Part shown: one piece after another, positions 1 to 9,240 of the stretch
Layout of the letters: every line of letters begins with the position of its first letter
Numbering within the stretch: the first letter of the stretch is position 1
Source of the DNA: an archaeon
GTDB lineage: Archaea > Iainarchaeota > Iainarchaeia > Iainarchaeales > CSSED10-239
Assembly: GCA_035400625.1 (NCBI GenBank)
Contig: DAOMZT010000001.1
Span: 1 to 32,000 of the forward strand
Direction: 5' to 3'
Length of the DNA: 32,000 nt
Position numbers and translations under genes: made by a program
The notes under the pieces: model-generated
What the model saw: only the letters and a program-made list of their open reading frames with translations
Database searches by the model: none
What the model was told of the DNA's origin: nothing

Positions 1-3000
1 ATGTTCCTGGTGCTTCTACTGGAATGCCTCTTGCTTTACCAAAGAATTTTAATTGTGCGGTGTTACCATTTATCACTACTTTGGCATTCGATACGGTAAC
101 CTCCCCACTTAAGTTGCCAGAGGTTAAATTAACTATTCCACTTAGCTTTTTATCGCTCATATCTAATTTTATGTTACCACTTGCAACATCAACTATTCCG
201 CTGACATTACTCGTAAATAGAGGTGAAACTAACGCGGTTAGAGCTGCGCTTACTTGTACTTTTCCACTAGATATTGTTAATTTTGATGTATTAGAACTAA
301 TTGAACCTTTTCCAGAAGATTTAGATTTTGCAGCCTTTAAATTATCTATTCCTTTAGTTAATTGGTTTATTAAATTTTCTAAAGTTGTTTTTTGTTCTTG
401 TAGTTGATCTAATTTTGTCTTATTCGCATCAGAACTTATTTGATTATTTTTTTCTAGAGCTACAATTTCTGCATTTACATTTGCTAATTGTTTTTGTGCA
501 TCAGATAATGATTTCGTTGTTTTATTTATTGCATCATCTATTTGACTAGAGGTCATAGTTGATATTGTTGATGAATCTAAAGATCCCTGACCAACACTTG
601 CAGTAGCTATTGCTATTGCAATCGCTGTAGCATTGGATGTTGATGTTGTGCTTTCACTAGTTGTTACACTTGTAGTGTCCCCAAATGATGTTCTTAAAGG
701 ATTATACCATAAATAAAATCCATTATTAAAATTGAAACACATTTTTTCGCTTGAGATGCCATTAACCATTGTTTGTACTGAACTTGTTTCTTCAGCTGTG
801 AAATTACTAGAGCTTGTTATGTCCTTTAATACTCCATAAACATGTGTAAAGTTCTTTGTAGCACTTAATGTTGTTGGAACAATATTAAACCTCATATCTA
901 AGTTTGAAGAGGTCTTTAATTGATAGTCAGCACCTTTAGTTGATTCATTTATTTTCTGGAAAATAAACAATGTATTTTTCAGCTCAGAAGTGTCTTTTGA
1001 AGAATATTTGCCGTTTGCTATATATTCTATCTTATAAGCTCCTGAAGATAATACTTGTAATGGCCTTATATCTTTAAATGATATCATTACATTATCCTTT
1101 GGAACCTTTAATATTATACCATCTTGTACTACATCCCAGCCATTGTTGTAATTGTCAATAATTTGTGTAGTTTTTGACAATCCTGTCTTTGCGATCTTAA
1201 ATGGCACACCAAAGTAATGGAAATAATAAGCATTTGTAGGGTTTGTAAAGAATGTGTTTGCTTTATAGCCTGCATTATTATTGTAATAATCTAATAAATT
1301 AGAATTTACTTTTTGAACAGTATATGTTAGTTGTTTATTGTTTGCTGTGCTTTTTAATGCAATGCTGTATGTTCCAGGTGTTGCTATCTCTGTTACTGAT
1401 GAAGCAGGATCTAAAGTTAAAGTCCATGCTCCACTCATAAACTGAACAGCACTAAATATTGTTTTTGTTGTTCCTGAATTTAATGGCCCGTAAGTTTTAG
1501 CATTAATAATAAATGGGCTTATTGTGTCACCATAATATAATCTCATAGTGTTTAGATATTGATTTAAGAACTCAGCAATAATTGCTTGCTCTTGTTGAGT
1601 AGTTGATGCATTATTAATCTTTGCCTCTAATTTTGTCTCACTTCTTAAGAACGAATCTACTGTTGTTTGATAGACATCTCCATCTTGCTTTACATTCTTT
1701 GCAAAGTCATTATCTCCTAATATTGTCATATATTCTTTTATTTTCTCAGAAGACAAGTTTGCAGGAGTTGGTTCACTTGTAGTTGTTGCACCAATCTTTG
1801 CTTCAAGTATTGTAAATTTCCTTAAATCAGTAGGCACTCTGCCTATTACTGCCTTTAGTGCTTGCAATATAGAGTTAGGATCACGATTATTAAATGATTG
1901 ACTTGCAACAATGACTTCTATTGCATCTTTATCTAATGGATTTTCATCTAATAGATATGGATTCTCGGCAATCTTATTTCCTTCAAGTAAGAAATATACT
2001 CCATCTAATAGATAGGTTCTGTGTGAACTATATAAATCTGCTTTTTTAGATATCGCAATCCTTAATTGATCTTGATCACAATATACTCTTCCATAATCAC
2101 AAATGTTATGGGTTATATCTATATCATTATATGTAAATAATAATCTATTAAAACCAAACTTCTTGAAATTCTCTTCTCCTGTAAATCCGTATTTTCTAAA
2201 TCCTTTTGGATCATAACACTCGCCAGGATTTAGAGCTTCACTACCAACGAAATAATCTGTTAATGATGTGGCTTGTGTACCTGGGGTTGTGTCACTAGGA
2301 GTTGTGCCACCAGGGGTTGTTTGGCCTTCAAGAGCAGAACTGGTGTCTACAAGACTATCAACATAACTTAGCCATTGAAGCTTATCTATCAAAGTAATCT
2401 CAACTTCCATTTCGTCCTTTCCTAATCTTGGATTAGAATAGGTTATTCCAAGTAATGCTGTTAGATTTATGGCCTTGCCCACATCATAGTAATCTTTTCT
2501 TAATGCTGTTAATTTCTTAGCAACAGAATTATTGTCTTCACTATCAAGTCTAAATGTCTTTTCTGTAATTTCTGGATTTCTTCTTACTTTAATAGTCATT
2601 ATTTCTGTGGTTTTGCCATCAACATACCTGTATGTCTTCTTTGGCTTTAAATCTTTATTAACATCGCCAATATAGAAATATTGAATATCTCCAACAAATA
2701 AATCATCTACATTTAATACGCTTAGACCAGATAATGCATAGCCCATATCATAACAAGAGTTTATCACTGTTAATTTTCTCTCTACCGTATCTATTCCTGA
2801 GAAATCAAACTCTGTAGGAACAACACTGATACAGTTTTCTGGCAAAATACTAACTGGCCTGTTTACAGAAACAACAATGTCTTTAACATAAGTGTAATCT
2901 TCAATTGCATCGTCGTCGGGCTTGGCGTTTACGGAAATCTTGTATTGTCCAAGAACTTGTGAGCCTTGCACGCCTAACATTCCACTTGTCCCTTTCTTTA

Positions 3001-6000
3001 ATGTCATTTCTGAATTTTCTGGATTGGTGATTATTACTCCACCAAGATTGCTAAATTGTAAACTTAAATCTTCAGAACAATTGTTTCTAATTTGTATTTG
3101 TGCTTTTTCACAACCGAACATTCCGTGTGATGAAAATCCAAAAGAGTTAGGATATCCTTGTGGTGTATTTTCTCTGTAATCTGTATATGGCACTCCTGTT
3201 CCTAATACGCTTTGATAACCAAGCATATTTGATGGATATGTTGAACCTGATAACCAACTTTGATTAATTGATTGTGGAGCCACGCCGGCATATTGATAAT
3301 TATATTGACCCATTAAATAAGGATTGAAATTCATGGTGTTTGTTCCGCCAGCAAATAGACTATAACCATAGCCCATACAATAAGGAACTGTGATTAGAGA
3401 GCTTGGTGTTTCTATACAGCTAACATAATTGTTTAATATTATATTAGGCAAATGCTGTGATGCAATCACATCTACGCCATTTACATTTGGTCTATTTGAT
3501 GAAAATATAATAATTGGATTTGACAATCCGCTTTTTGCAGATTTGTTTGGCCTAAAGATTAATTTTATTGTTGCAGTTTCTTCTGCTACAATTCTGTTTG
3601 CAACTTCTACTTTTTCATCAAGTGATAATTTATGCTCTTTTCCAGAAACCACTACATAATAATCTCCTAGTTTCTTTGTGTTCTTATAGTCTGATTCAAC
3701 ATAAATTCTGCCAACATTTACTGGTTCATCATCTACTGTACAATTATTTTTAATCTTAATATTATATTCTATATCATTTGTATTTTCAACCCTTATTGTT
3801 GTTTCCTGAGGGTTAATTTCTAAGCATTCTACATTATCTACTGAATTACCAAATGTAATTCTTACTTTTATTGGAACTTTAATTATCCATACCTTTGCAA
3901 GAGTCGCCTCACTAACTTTTACTAAAAGATCTCCCTCTATAACTTTTTGTGTCATTAGATCTATTCCTTTCTCTGTTAATCTTGTTGAAACATTTATTTG
4001 TTGATGGATTGTTGGTTCTAAAATTGTGCCTTGTGCATCACTTTTCAGAGATATATAATCAGACCTTATGTTTGTTTCCATGCCTATAATTGTTAATGGC
4101 AAAATAGAATTATTTACCAATACCAAATCAGAATCTTGAGAATAGCCTTTTGAAATATCTAATTGTATATCTAATTTCTCAGGTATTGATTCGATTAGAT
4201 TTTCAGAAACAACTTGCTTTATTGTAACTGTACTATAGCTTTGTTTTTTAACAGTAAATTCCACTTCGTCTTTTATATCTGTTGATGGCAACATTACAGA
4301 ATATGTTCCGTCTCTGTCTGTCTTGCCGTTTGCTACTGTTTTTCCATTTATTCTTATAAAAACTATTGCATCTGTTACTTTGGCACCTGACTCTTCTGTT
4401 ACTCCAACAGTTACTACATTTGGCACAAATGGCACCATTGTTTTTGGAACAACATCAACTATCATTTTCTTTGAAGGCTTAAGATCAAAGTGTATTGTCT
4501 TTGATAATATGATGTCATTATTTGCATAAATATTAAATGTTAATTCATCAGTTATGTCATTAATTACACTTAAATCAATTGAACCATTTACTGTGCCGTT
4601 TGCATTTATATTTCCTAAACTGATATTTGAAAAATCAGTATCATTTATTGGTAAGCCACCACCAGAAGTTATGTTGTATTCGTTTAATACTATTGTTTGA
4701 CCGGTTGGCAAAACAACTAAAATTGCATCTGTTGCTGGCCTTTCAAAACTTAATCTAAAATTAAGTTGATAATCTGTTCCTTCTTTTGCTGTAAACTTAT
4801 CCATTACTTTTTTTTCTGCGCCTGTAGATTTGTCTTTGATTGTAAAAGCATAGCAAATGCCGTTTTCACAACTTGAAGAATCGCCTACAGAAATTATTTT
4901 CTTATTTGCATAAGCATAAAGTGCTTGTCTAGTTGAGGAACTTAAACTTGTTCCTAAAACATCATCTCTTGGAAATCTTAATATCGCGGAACCTTGTTGA
5001 TATTCTGCTCTGTAAAATATAGATTGGTCGGTTATTGCGTTGTCAGTAACTACAATATCTGCATCAATAATATAAGAACCCTCTATTGAGTTATCTAAAA
5101 TAACATTAAACCATTTGGCATCTTTGCGGACTATTGAAGAGGTATCTCTTGACTCTCCACCACAAGGAGTGTAATCAACAGAACCATACATTTTATTTCC
5201 TGCATATTTTATTTTCTTAATATATATTGAATCTTCAGTTACAGAATATGTTCTATTACCACAGGTTTCCCCATCTCCTGTTCTTATATGTGCTAAAACT
5301 TTAGAATATTTTCTATTAACATTTAATAAAAATCTTGCAGTTGCTGATTGACCTGCACTAACAGCTGGCAACTGTTCGCCTTTATCTGAAAAGTAACCAA
5401 CAAACTCTATGCTTGCAGAGCTTGAAGCAAAAGAAGGAATGACTATTGTGTCACTAGTCATGTTTTCTGCTTCTACTGAATATCTTTTTGTAATTATTGG
5501 ATTGCCATCTGTGATTACAGCAAAATACACTTCTTTATCTGCTCTAATAGGTAAAATTGCAAGGCCTGTCTCATTTGTGGTTGTTTGCTTTTCGGTCATT
5601 TCTTTATTTGTGTTTGCATCATATGCCTTTACTATTGCGTTTGAAATTGGAGATCCATCTGAATTTAAAATAGTCAAATTATAAGTACCATAACCAATTG
5701 AAACTAAAATTGGGACAGAAGTTTCTTCTCTTTCCTCTACAACAAAATTATTTGTTTTGCCAGTAAATGGTCCTACAATTGCTTCTGCAAAATAAGTTGA
5801 ATCAGCACTTAGATTAGAAACAATTACTCTGCCTGTTACATCTGTTGTTACAATTTTAACAACTGTGTTATTTAATGCGTCCCATATTTTTACTGTAGCA
5901 TATTCTAATGGATTTAGTTCTGTATCTGTTACACTAATCAACAAACTGGTCTTTGTTTCTGCATTCATGCTTCTTAAAGTAACTTCTGTTGTACTTTCAG

Positions 6001-7225
6001 AAACTGTTGCATTTCTGTTAGTGTAAACAAAATAACCTTCTTTATCAAAAGATAAAACATAGGTTACATTCTCTTTTACTCCAAACTCTACAAGGCCTGT
6101 AGTATCTGTTGTTTTAAGATCAATTGTTGAACTTCCTTTTGATAATTTTACTGAAACACCTTCTAGATATAATCCAGAATCGCTTTTTACTCTTACTTTT
6201 ATAAACCCTACAACATCTTTTTTTACTTCTAATGTTTTTTGATTTATTCCTGTAGTAATTGTTACTGGTGTTTGAACATTATTAATATAATCTAAATCAT
6301 TTATTCCTGCATAAATATTTTTTGGATCAGAAACTAATATTTTATAGCTCTTTGAAACTTGAACTAACTCTGTTGTAAAAATACCATTTGCATTTGTTGG
6401 ACCGCTATCGACCATTATTCCTGTCAAATCATAAATAGAAACTAACATGTCTGGTAGAACAATTCCCTTGTCTTTATCTTTTATTGTTATTGATAATGTA
6501 GCATAGTTTACAGAACTACTAAATATGATTTCTCCGCTTGTGCCTGTTGCTGGAATATTTATTTCATAATCGCTTCTGTTTTTTACAGTTACATCTAAGC
6601 TACCACAATCTGTTGGAATGTCATCTAACGTGTGAGAACCGCCTTTAACAATTACTGTTTTTTCATAGTCTGTTCCAAGACAACTAAACTCTACATTTAA
6701 TTCAGAAGTTATTGCTTCTCCTGATTGTGTTTTAAACAAAATGGTTTTTGTGGTTGAAAATGCACCTTCTTTTAGATGAACTACTTGCGATTTCTTGGTT
6801 GGATCAATTGTGTATTCTTCTCTATCTGAAAATAAATATTTAGTGTCTGCTAATTTTAAGATATAGGTTGAATCTTTACTTAAATCTTTAAAATAGAAAA
6901 AACCTTCAGTATCTGTTTCTAGAGTTTTGGATTGACCGTTTAGTTTTACTTTTAAGATAGTGTTTGCAATTGGGTTGTTTGTTTCATCTAGAAACTGAAC
7001 AGCTGTTCCGTGTGGTCCGCCTGTTATTCCAAAAACTGGGAGTAATAAGAAGATAATCAAAGCAATTATTGCAAGATTAAAAATTATAAAAAGAGGGAAG
7101 GTTGGTATTCCGTTTTTTTCTAGAGGATCAACTAGTTTATATAAATTAATTCCCTTTTCCTCTAGCCTATCAAGCATTGCAAAATATTTATCTTCTAATT
7201 TATAATAGAATTCTTTTAATCCCAT
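1..7225 (-). CDS. Giant membrane-anchored beta-sandwich surface protein, paralog A (N-terminal 2408 codons; 3' end lies beyond window start)
   Basis: Hand translation of the minus strand from ATG at 7225..7223 (codon first bases at 7225, 7222, ...) gives MGLKEFYYKLEDKYFAMLDRLEEKGINLYKLVDPLEKNGIPTFPLFIIFNLAIIALIIFLLLLPVFGITGG... The frame stays open to position 2 (...AQLKFFGKARGIPVEAPGT). Checked base by base at 1..58, 2270..2329, 3299..3421 and 7141..7225. It is missing from the ORF track because there is no stop inside the window; an ATG-to-stop ORF starting at 7225 would otherwise have been listed. Collinear similarity to the 3116-aa product of 9241..18591. Confidence 0.85.
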   Translation of the reverse strand, partial: MGLKEFYYKLEDKYFAMLDRLEEKGINLYKLVDPLEKNGIPTFPLFIIFNLAIIALIIFLLLPVFGITGGPHGTAVQFLDETNNPIANTILKVKLNGQSKTLETDTEGFFYFKDLSKDSTYILKLADTKYLFSDREEYTIDPTKKSQVVHLKEGAFSTTKTILFKTQSGEAITSELNVEFSCLGTDYEKTVIVKGGSHTLDDIPTDCGSLDVTVKNRSDYEINIPATGTSGEIIFSSSVNYATLSITIKDKDKGIVLPDMLVSIYDLTGIMVDSGPTNANGIFTTELVQVSKSYKILVSDPKNIYAGINDLDYINNVQTPVTITTGINQKTLEVKKDVVGFIKVRVKSDSGLYLEGVSVKLSKGSSTIDLKTTDTTGLVEFGVKENVTYVLSFDKEGYFVYTNRNATVSESTTEVTLRSMNAETKTSLLISVTDTELNPLEYATVKIWDALNNTVVKIVTTDVTGRVIVSNLSADSTYFAEAIVGPFTGKTNNFVVEEREETSVPILVSIGYGTYNLTILNSDGSPISNAIVKAYDANTNKEMTEKQTTTNETGLAILPIRADKEVYFAVITDGNPIITKRYSVEAENMTSDTIVIPSFASSSASIEFVGYFSDKGEQLPAVSAGQSATARFLLNVNRKYSKVLAHIRTGDGETCGNRTYSVTEDSIYIKKIKYAGNKMYGSVDYTPCGGESRDTSSIVRKDAKWFNVILDNSIEGSYIIDADIVVTDNAITDQSIFYRAEYQQGSAILRFPRDDVLGTSLSSSTRQALYAYANKKIISVGDSSSCENGICYAFTIKDKSTGAEKKVMDKFTAKEGTDYQLNFRLSFERPATDAILVVLPTGQTIVLNEYNITSGGGLPINDTDFSNISLGNINANGTVNGSIDLSVINDITDELTFNIYANNDIILSKTIHFDLKPSKKMIVDVVPKTMVPFVPNVVTVGVTEESGAKVTDAIVFIRINGKTVANGKTDRDGTYSVMLPSTDIKDEVEFTVKKQSYSTVTIKQVVSENLIESIPEKLDIQLDISKGYSQDSDLVLVNNSILPLTIIGMETNIRSDYISLKSDAQGTILEPTIHQQINVSTRLTEKGIDLMTQKVIEGDLLVKVSEATLAKVWIIKVPIKVRITFGNSVDNVECLEINPQETTIRVENTNDIEYNIKIKNNCTVDDEPVNVGRIYVESDYKNTKKLGDYYVVVSGKEHKLSLDEKVEVANRIVAEETATIKLIFRPNKSAKSGLSNPIIIFSSNRPNVNGVDVIASQHLPNIILNNYVSCIETPSSLITVPYCMGYGYSLFAGGTNTMNFNPYLMGQYNYQYAGVAPQSINQSWLSGSTYPSNMLGYQSVLGTGVPYTDYRENTPQGYPNSFGFSSHGMFGCEKAQIQIRNNCSEDLSLQFSNLGGVIITNPENSEMTLKKGTSGMLGVQGSQVLGQYKISVNAKPDDDAIEDYTYVKDIVVSVNRPVSILPENCISVVPTEFDFSGIDTVERKLTVINSCYDMGYALSGLSVLNVDDLFVGDIQYFYIGDVNKDLKPKKTYRYVDGKTTEIMTIKVRRNPEITEKTFRLDSEDNNSVAKKLTALRKDYYDVGKAINLTALLGITYSNPRLGKDEMEVEITLIDKLQWLSYVDSLVDTSSALEGQTTPGGTTPSDTTPGTQATSLTDYFVGSEALNPGECYDPKGFRKYGFTGEENFKKFGFNRLLFTYNDIDITHNICDYGRVYCDQDQLRIAISKKADLYSSHRTYLLDGVYFLLEGNKIAENPYLLDENPLDKDAIEVIVASQSFNNRDPNSILQALKAVIGRVPTDLRKFTILEAKIGATTTSEPTPANLSSEKIKEYMTILGDNDFAKNVKQDGDVYQTTVDSFLRSETKLEAKINNASTTQQEQAIIAEFLNQYLNTMRLYYGDTISPFIINAKTYGPLNSGTTKTIFSAVQFMSGAWTLTLDPASSVTEIATPGTYSIALKSTANNKQLTYTVQKVNSNLLDYYNNNAGYKANTFFTNPTNAYYFHYFGVPFKIAKTGLSKTTQIIDNYNNGWDVVQDGIILKVPKDNVMISFKDIRPLQVLSSGAYKIEYIANGKYSSKDTSELKNTLFIFQKINESTKGADYQLKTSSNLDMRFNIVPTTLSATKNFTHVYGVLKDITSSSNFTAEETSSVQTMVNGISSEKMCFNFNNGFYLWYNPLRTSFGDTTSVTTSESTTSTSNATAIAIAIATASVGQGSLDSSTISTMTSSQIDDAINKTTKSLSDAQKQLANVNAEIVALEKNNQISSDANKTKLDQLQEQKTTLENLINQLTKGIDNLKAAKSKSSGKGSISSNTSKLTISSGKVQVSAALTALVSPLFTSNVSGIVDVASGNIKLDMSDKKLSGIVNLTSGNLSGEVTVSNAKVVINGNTAQLKFFGKARGIPVEAPGT
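454..556 (-). repeat. Conserved nucleotide island shared with 10425..10527 (encodes coiled-coil motif MTSSQIDDAINKTTKSLSDAQKQLANVNAEIVALEKN)
   Basis: Ungapped hand alignment of 454..556 with 10425..10527 gives 75 of 103 identical bases, including 22 of the first 24. The surrounding paralog sequence is too diverged to align at nucleotide level by eye. Confidence 0.8.
7028..7225 (-). other. N-terminal anchor module of paralog A: conserved cytoplasmic motif plus single TM helix
   Basis: YYK-LEDKYFAMLDRLEEKGINLYKLVDPLEKNGIPTF aligns with AYKWLETKYYSFSDWLTKKGINLNKVNSFLEEKGIPAF of the 3116-aa protein (20 of 37 identical, one gap). It is followed by the hydrophobic stretch PLFIIFNLAIIALIIFLLLLPVF (about 7028..7102). 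Confidence 0.7.
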
Positions 7226-7250
7226 TTTTGAAAACCTTCTTTATTCTAGA

Positions 7251-7258
7251 TTTTAATA
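7251..7258 (-). promoter_or_regulatory. TATA-like box upstream of giant paralog A
   Basis: The minus strand reads TATTAAAA followed by 25 nt and then ATG(7225). This spacing recurs at other genes in the window. Low information content in AT-rich DNA. Confidence 0.3.
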
Positions 7259-7382
7259 TAATATATATATTATAATAGATTAAACAATTGTTTATAAAGA
7301 TTACCTTTTTTGCGTAATATATTTATTAACAAAAAGGTTTATAAAATAATATTAATTAACTGGTATAAGTTAAATCTTGTTA

Positions 7383-9191
7383 TTATTGCTTTTCTGGGCC
7401 ACAAGCCCTATTATCGCCACCTTTGACTTGACTGTAACATGTCCATCGTTGTATTCCATTTGCTGATGACACTATTGTTGTAGATTCAAAATTATTAGCA
7501 GAAACTGGATTTAAGTAGCCCTTATCTATAACACTCAGATTTGACCAATTATTGTCAGGAGTAAAATAAAACTCACTAAAATCTTCACGTAAACGTATTT
7601 CAATATTAGTGTTTACATCTTTATATTGGTCTTTTATTATATATCTTGGATCTGTTTCTTTAAATTGCAGAATTGTTATTGCATTGTCTATTTCTGAACA
7701 AGTCAATTCTGTCTGTTCCGCTACATTATTTTGTATTGTTATGTTATTTTGTTCATCATACCAACCTAAATTAACTTCCCAGATAGGAGCTGATTTACCT
7801 TCTTTTAAGAATAGACCTAATCCGCCTACAAGTGTTGGCATTTGGTTTATATTATCAAAAACAGTTTGTGTGTAATTATCGTTATAATTACCTGGAACGT
7901 CTGTAAAATAGTTTTTACTTTTTTTTGATTTGGCATTTACCTCAATTTCAGAGATATTAATATCTGGTGCTCCTTGGGTTTGCCCAAGCACTATGTTGCC
8001 TTTCATTATCAGCCCATTATTGTAAGTAATTGTTTGGCCGTGTCTGTTATTTACTAAATTTGCTATAAGAGATTGACTATAAAGCTCTTTAAAGGCATAA
8101 TCAATTTGGTGTTTATCATCATATGTTATTGAAGTATTTGAATTTGGACCAAAATTAACTTGCTGTATTGGAAGTAAACCTTGTGGCACATCACCATGTA
8201 AGGTTTTGGGGATTTCATGACAATATTTGCCAGAGGAACCTACTTTGTTAGGTGTTCTAAAGAAATATTCTCTTGGAAGACAGGTTCCTGGATCACAATA
8301 GCCAAGCCTTGCCTGCTCTAAGGTGTTATGGATTTTTGGGGAGAAGAACCCTGTATTTCCGTTTTCAGGGTCTGCAGGATTTACTGCTCTTTCTGTTTCG
8401 TTGTCTAAAACAATATTTCTTGCTGTTCTTAATGCCTGAAGACCACGCCATGGCATATATATCTTGTAAATCTGCCTACTTAATACTGGCCTTTGTATTA
8501 CTTGGTTACTTTTAGTTCTTAGAACAGTTACTATTGGCAAAAGTTCATAATTCTCATCAGCAAGCTGAGTAGTGTCTAATGTTAAAAAGAAAGAGCCATT
8601 ACAGTTGGTATCATTTTGACCACAATCAACAACATCTGCTCTCTCTCCTCCTGCCTTAAAAACATCAACAACTACACTAACAAATTTATCTTTTGCATCT
8701 TCATTTTCGCTAGCAGATTCAAGGTGACAACAACCAGGATCTCCATATTGACAACCCTCATCACATACTATTGTTGTACCGGCATTTGTTTCTGTTCTTA
8801 TATCATATCCTGGAGGATCCATTTTATATTTTAGATTAAAAAGTATGCCTTGAGCAAAGTATGCGGGAAATGCTCTTTCAAAAAAATTGTCTTTTATAAA
8901 CCATTGAGTAAAATCATCCCAGTTCATATCCATTTGACTTCTTCTTACTTCCATTGGATGTCTAGACATATGTTCTTCCCAATTGGATCTTAAGGTAATT
9001 ATAAATGTATTAAAGGCATCAGCTCTTGCAAGATCAGCCATGGTCATAAGATCTGACATTGCAGATTGATCTTGAATAAGAGAGAGATATGTGTCTTCTG
9101 TGTTAATCATATTAAAAATTAAAGCTAAGGCTACAGATACCAATAACAAAGAGATAAGAGCAGTAAATAATGTAAAGCCTTTTCTATTCAT
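7383..9191 (-). CDS. Large Cys-rich secreted protein with prepilin-type (class III) signal peptide; pilin-like or minor-pilin-like
   Basis: ORF track, 602 aa. The N-terminus MNRKG/FTLFTALISLLLVSVALALIFNMI has basic residues, then Gly, then about 22 hydrophobic residues, which is the prepilin cleavage pattern. Position +5 is Thr rather than Glu. The mature part has 12 Cys in local clusters (CDEGCQYGDPGCC, DCGQNDTNC, CDPGTC, WTC...ACGPEKQ). I recognise no other domain. A 49-nt spacer follows the giant gene stop. Confidence 0.75.
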   Translation of the reverse strand: MNRKGFTLFTALISLLLVSVALALIFNMINTEDTYLSLIQDQSAMSDLMTMADLARADAFNTFIITLRSNWEEHMSRHPMEVRRSQMDMNWDDFTQWFIKDNFFERAFPAYFAQGILFNLKYKMDPPGYDIRTETNAGTTIVCDEGCQYGDPGCCHLESASENEDAKDKFVSVVVDVFKAGGERADVVDCGQNDTNCNGSFFLTLDTTQLADENYELLPIVTVLRTKSNQVIQRPVLSRQIYKIYMPWRGLQALRTARNIVLDNETERAVNPADPENGNTGFFSPKIHNTLEQARLGYCDPGTCLPREYFFRTPNKVGSSGKYCHEIPKTLHGDVPQGLLPIQQVNFGPNSNTSITYDDKHQIDYAFKELYSQSLIANLVNNRHGQTITYNNGLIMKGNIVLGQTQGAPDINISEIEVNAKSKKSKNYFTDVPGNYNDNYTQTVFDNINQMPTLVGGLGLFLKEGKSAPIWEVNLGWYDEQNNITIQNNVAEQTELTCSEIDNAITILQFKETDPRYIIKDQYKDVNTNIEIRLREDFSEFYFTPDNNWSNLSVIDKGYLNPVSANNFESTTIVSSANGIQRWTCYSQVKGGDNRACGPEKQ

Positions 9192-9240
9192 GATTAGATC
9201 TAAATAAAAATATAAGAAAAAGATTTAAAAGGCATTAGGA

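Noticed and set aside
24-407. 127-aa plus-strand ORF, and likewise the 187-aa ORF at 10265..10828
   Set aside because: Both lie antisense to the homologous Ser/Ala/Leu-rich coiled-coil regions of the two giant genes. Their translations are low-complexity (L/S/P/F-rich) with no start context. Long antisense frames are expected opposite codon-biased repetitive coding sequence.
2922-5684. Short plus-strand ORFs (61-91 aa) listed within 1..7225, and similar ones at 7609..8834 and 9243..18412
   Set aside because: All are embedded antisense in the long minus-strand genes and have hydrophobic, low-complexity translations. They are artefacts of the opposite-strand reading frame.
7303-7338. Hairpin ACCTTTTTTG ... 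CAAAAAGGT downstream of the 602-aa gene as a terminator
   Set aside because: The stem is almost pure A/T with a one-base bulge and a 17-nt loop, so it is weak and plausibly a chance feature of AT-rich DNA. One arm is also part of the recurring ATAAACCTTT motif. Left unannotated.
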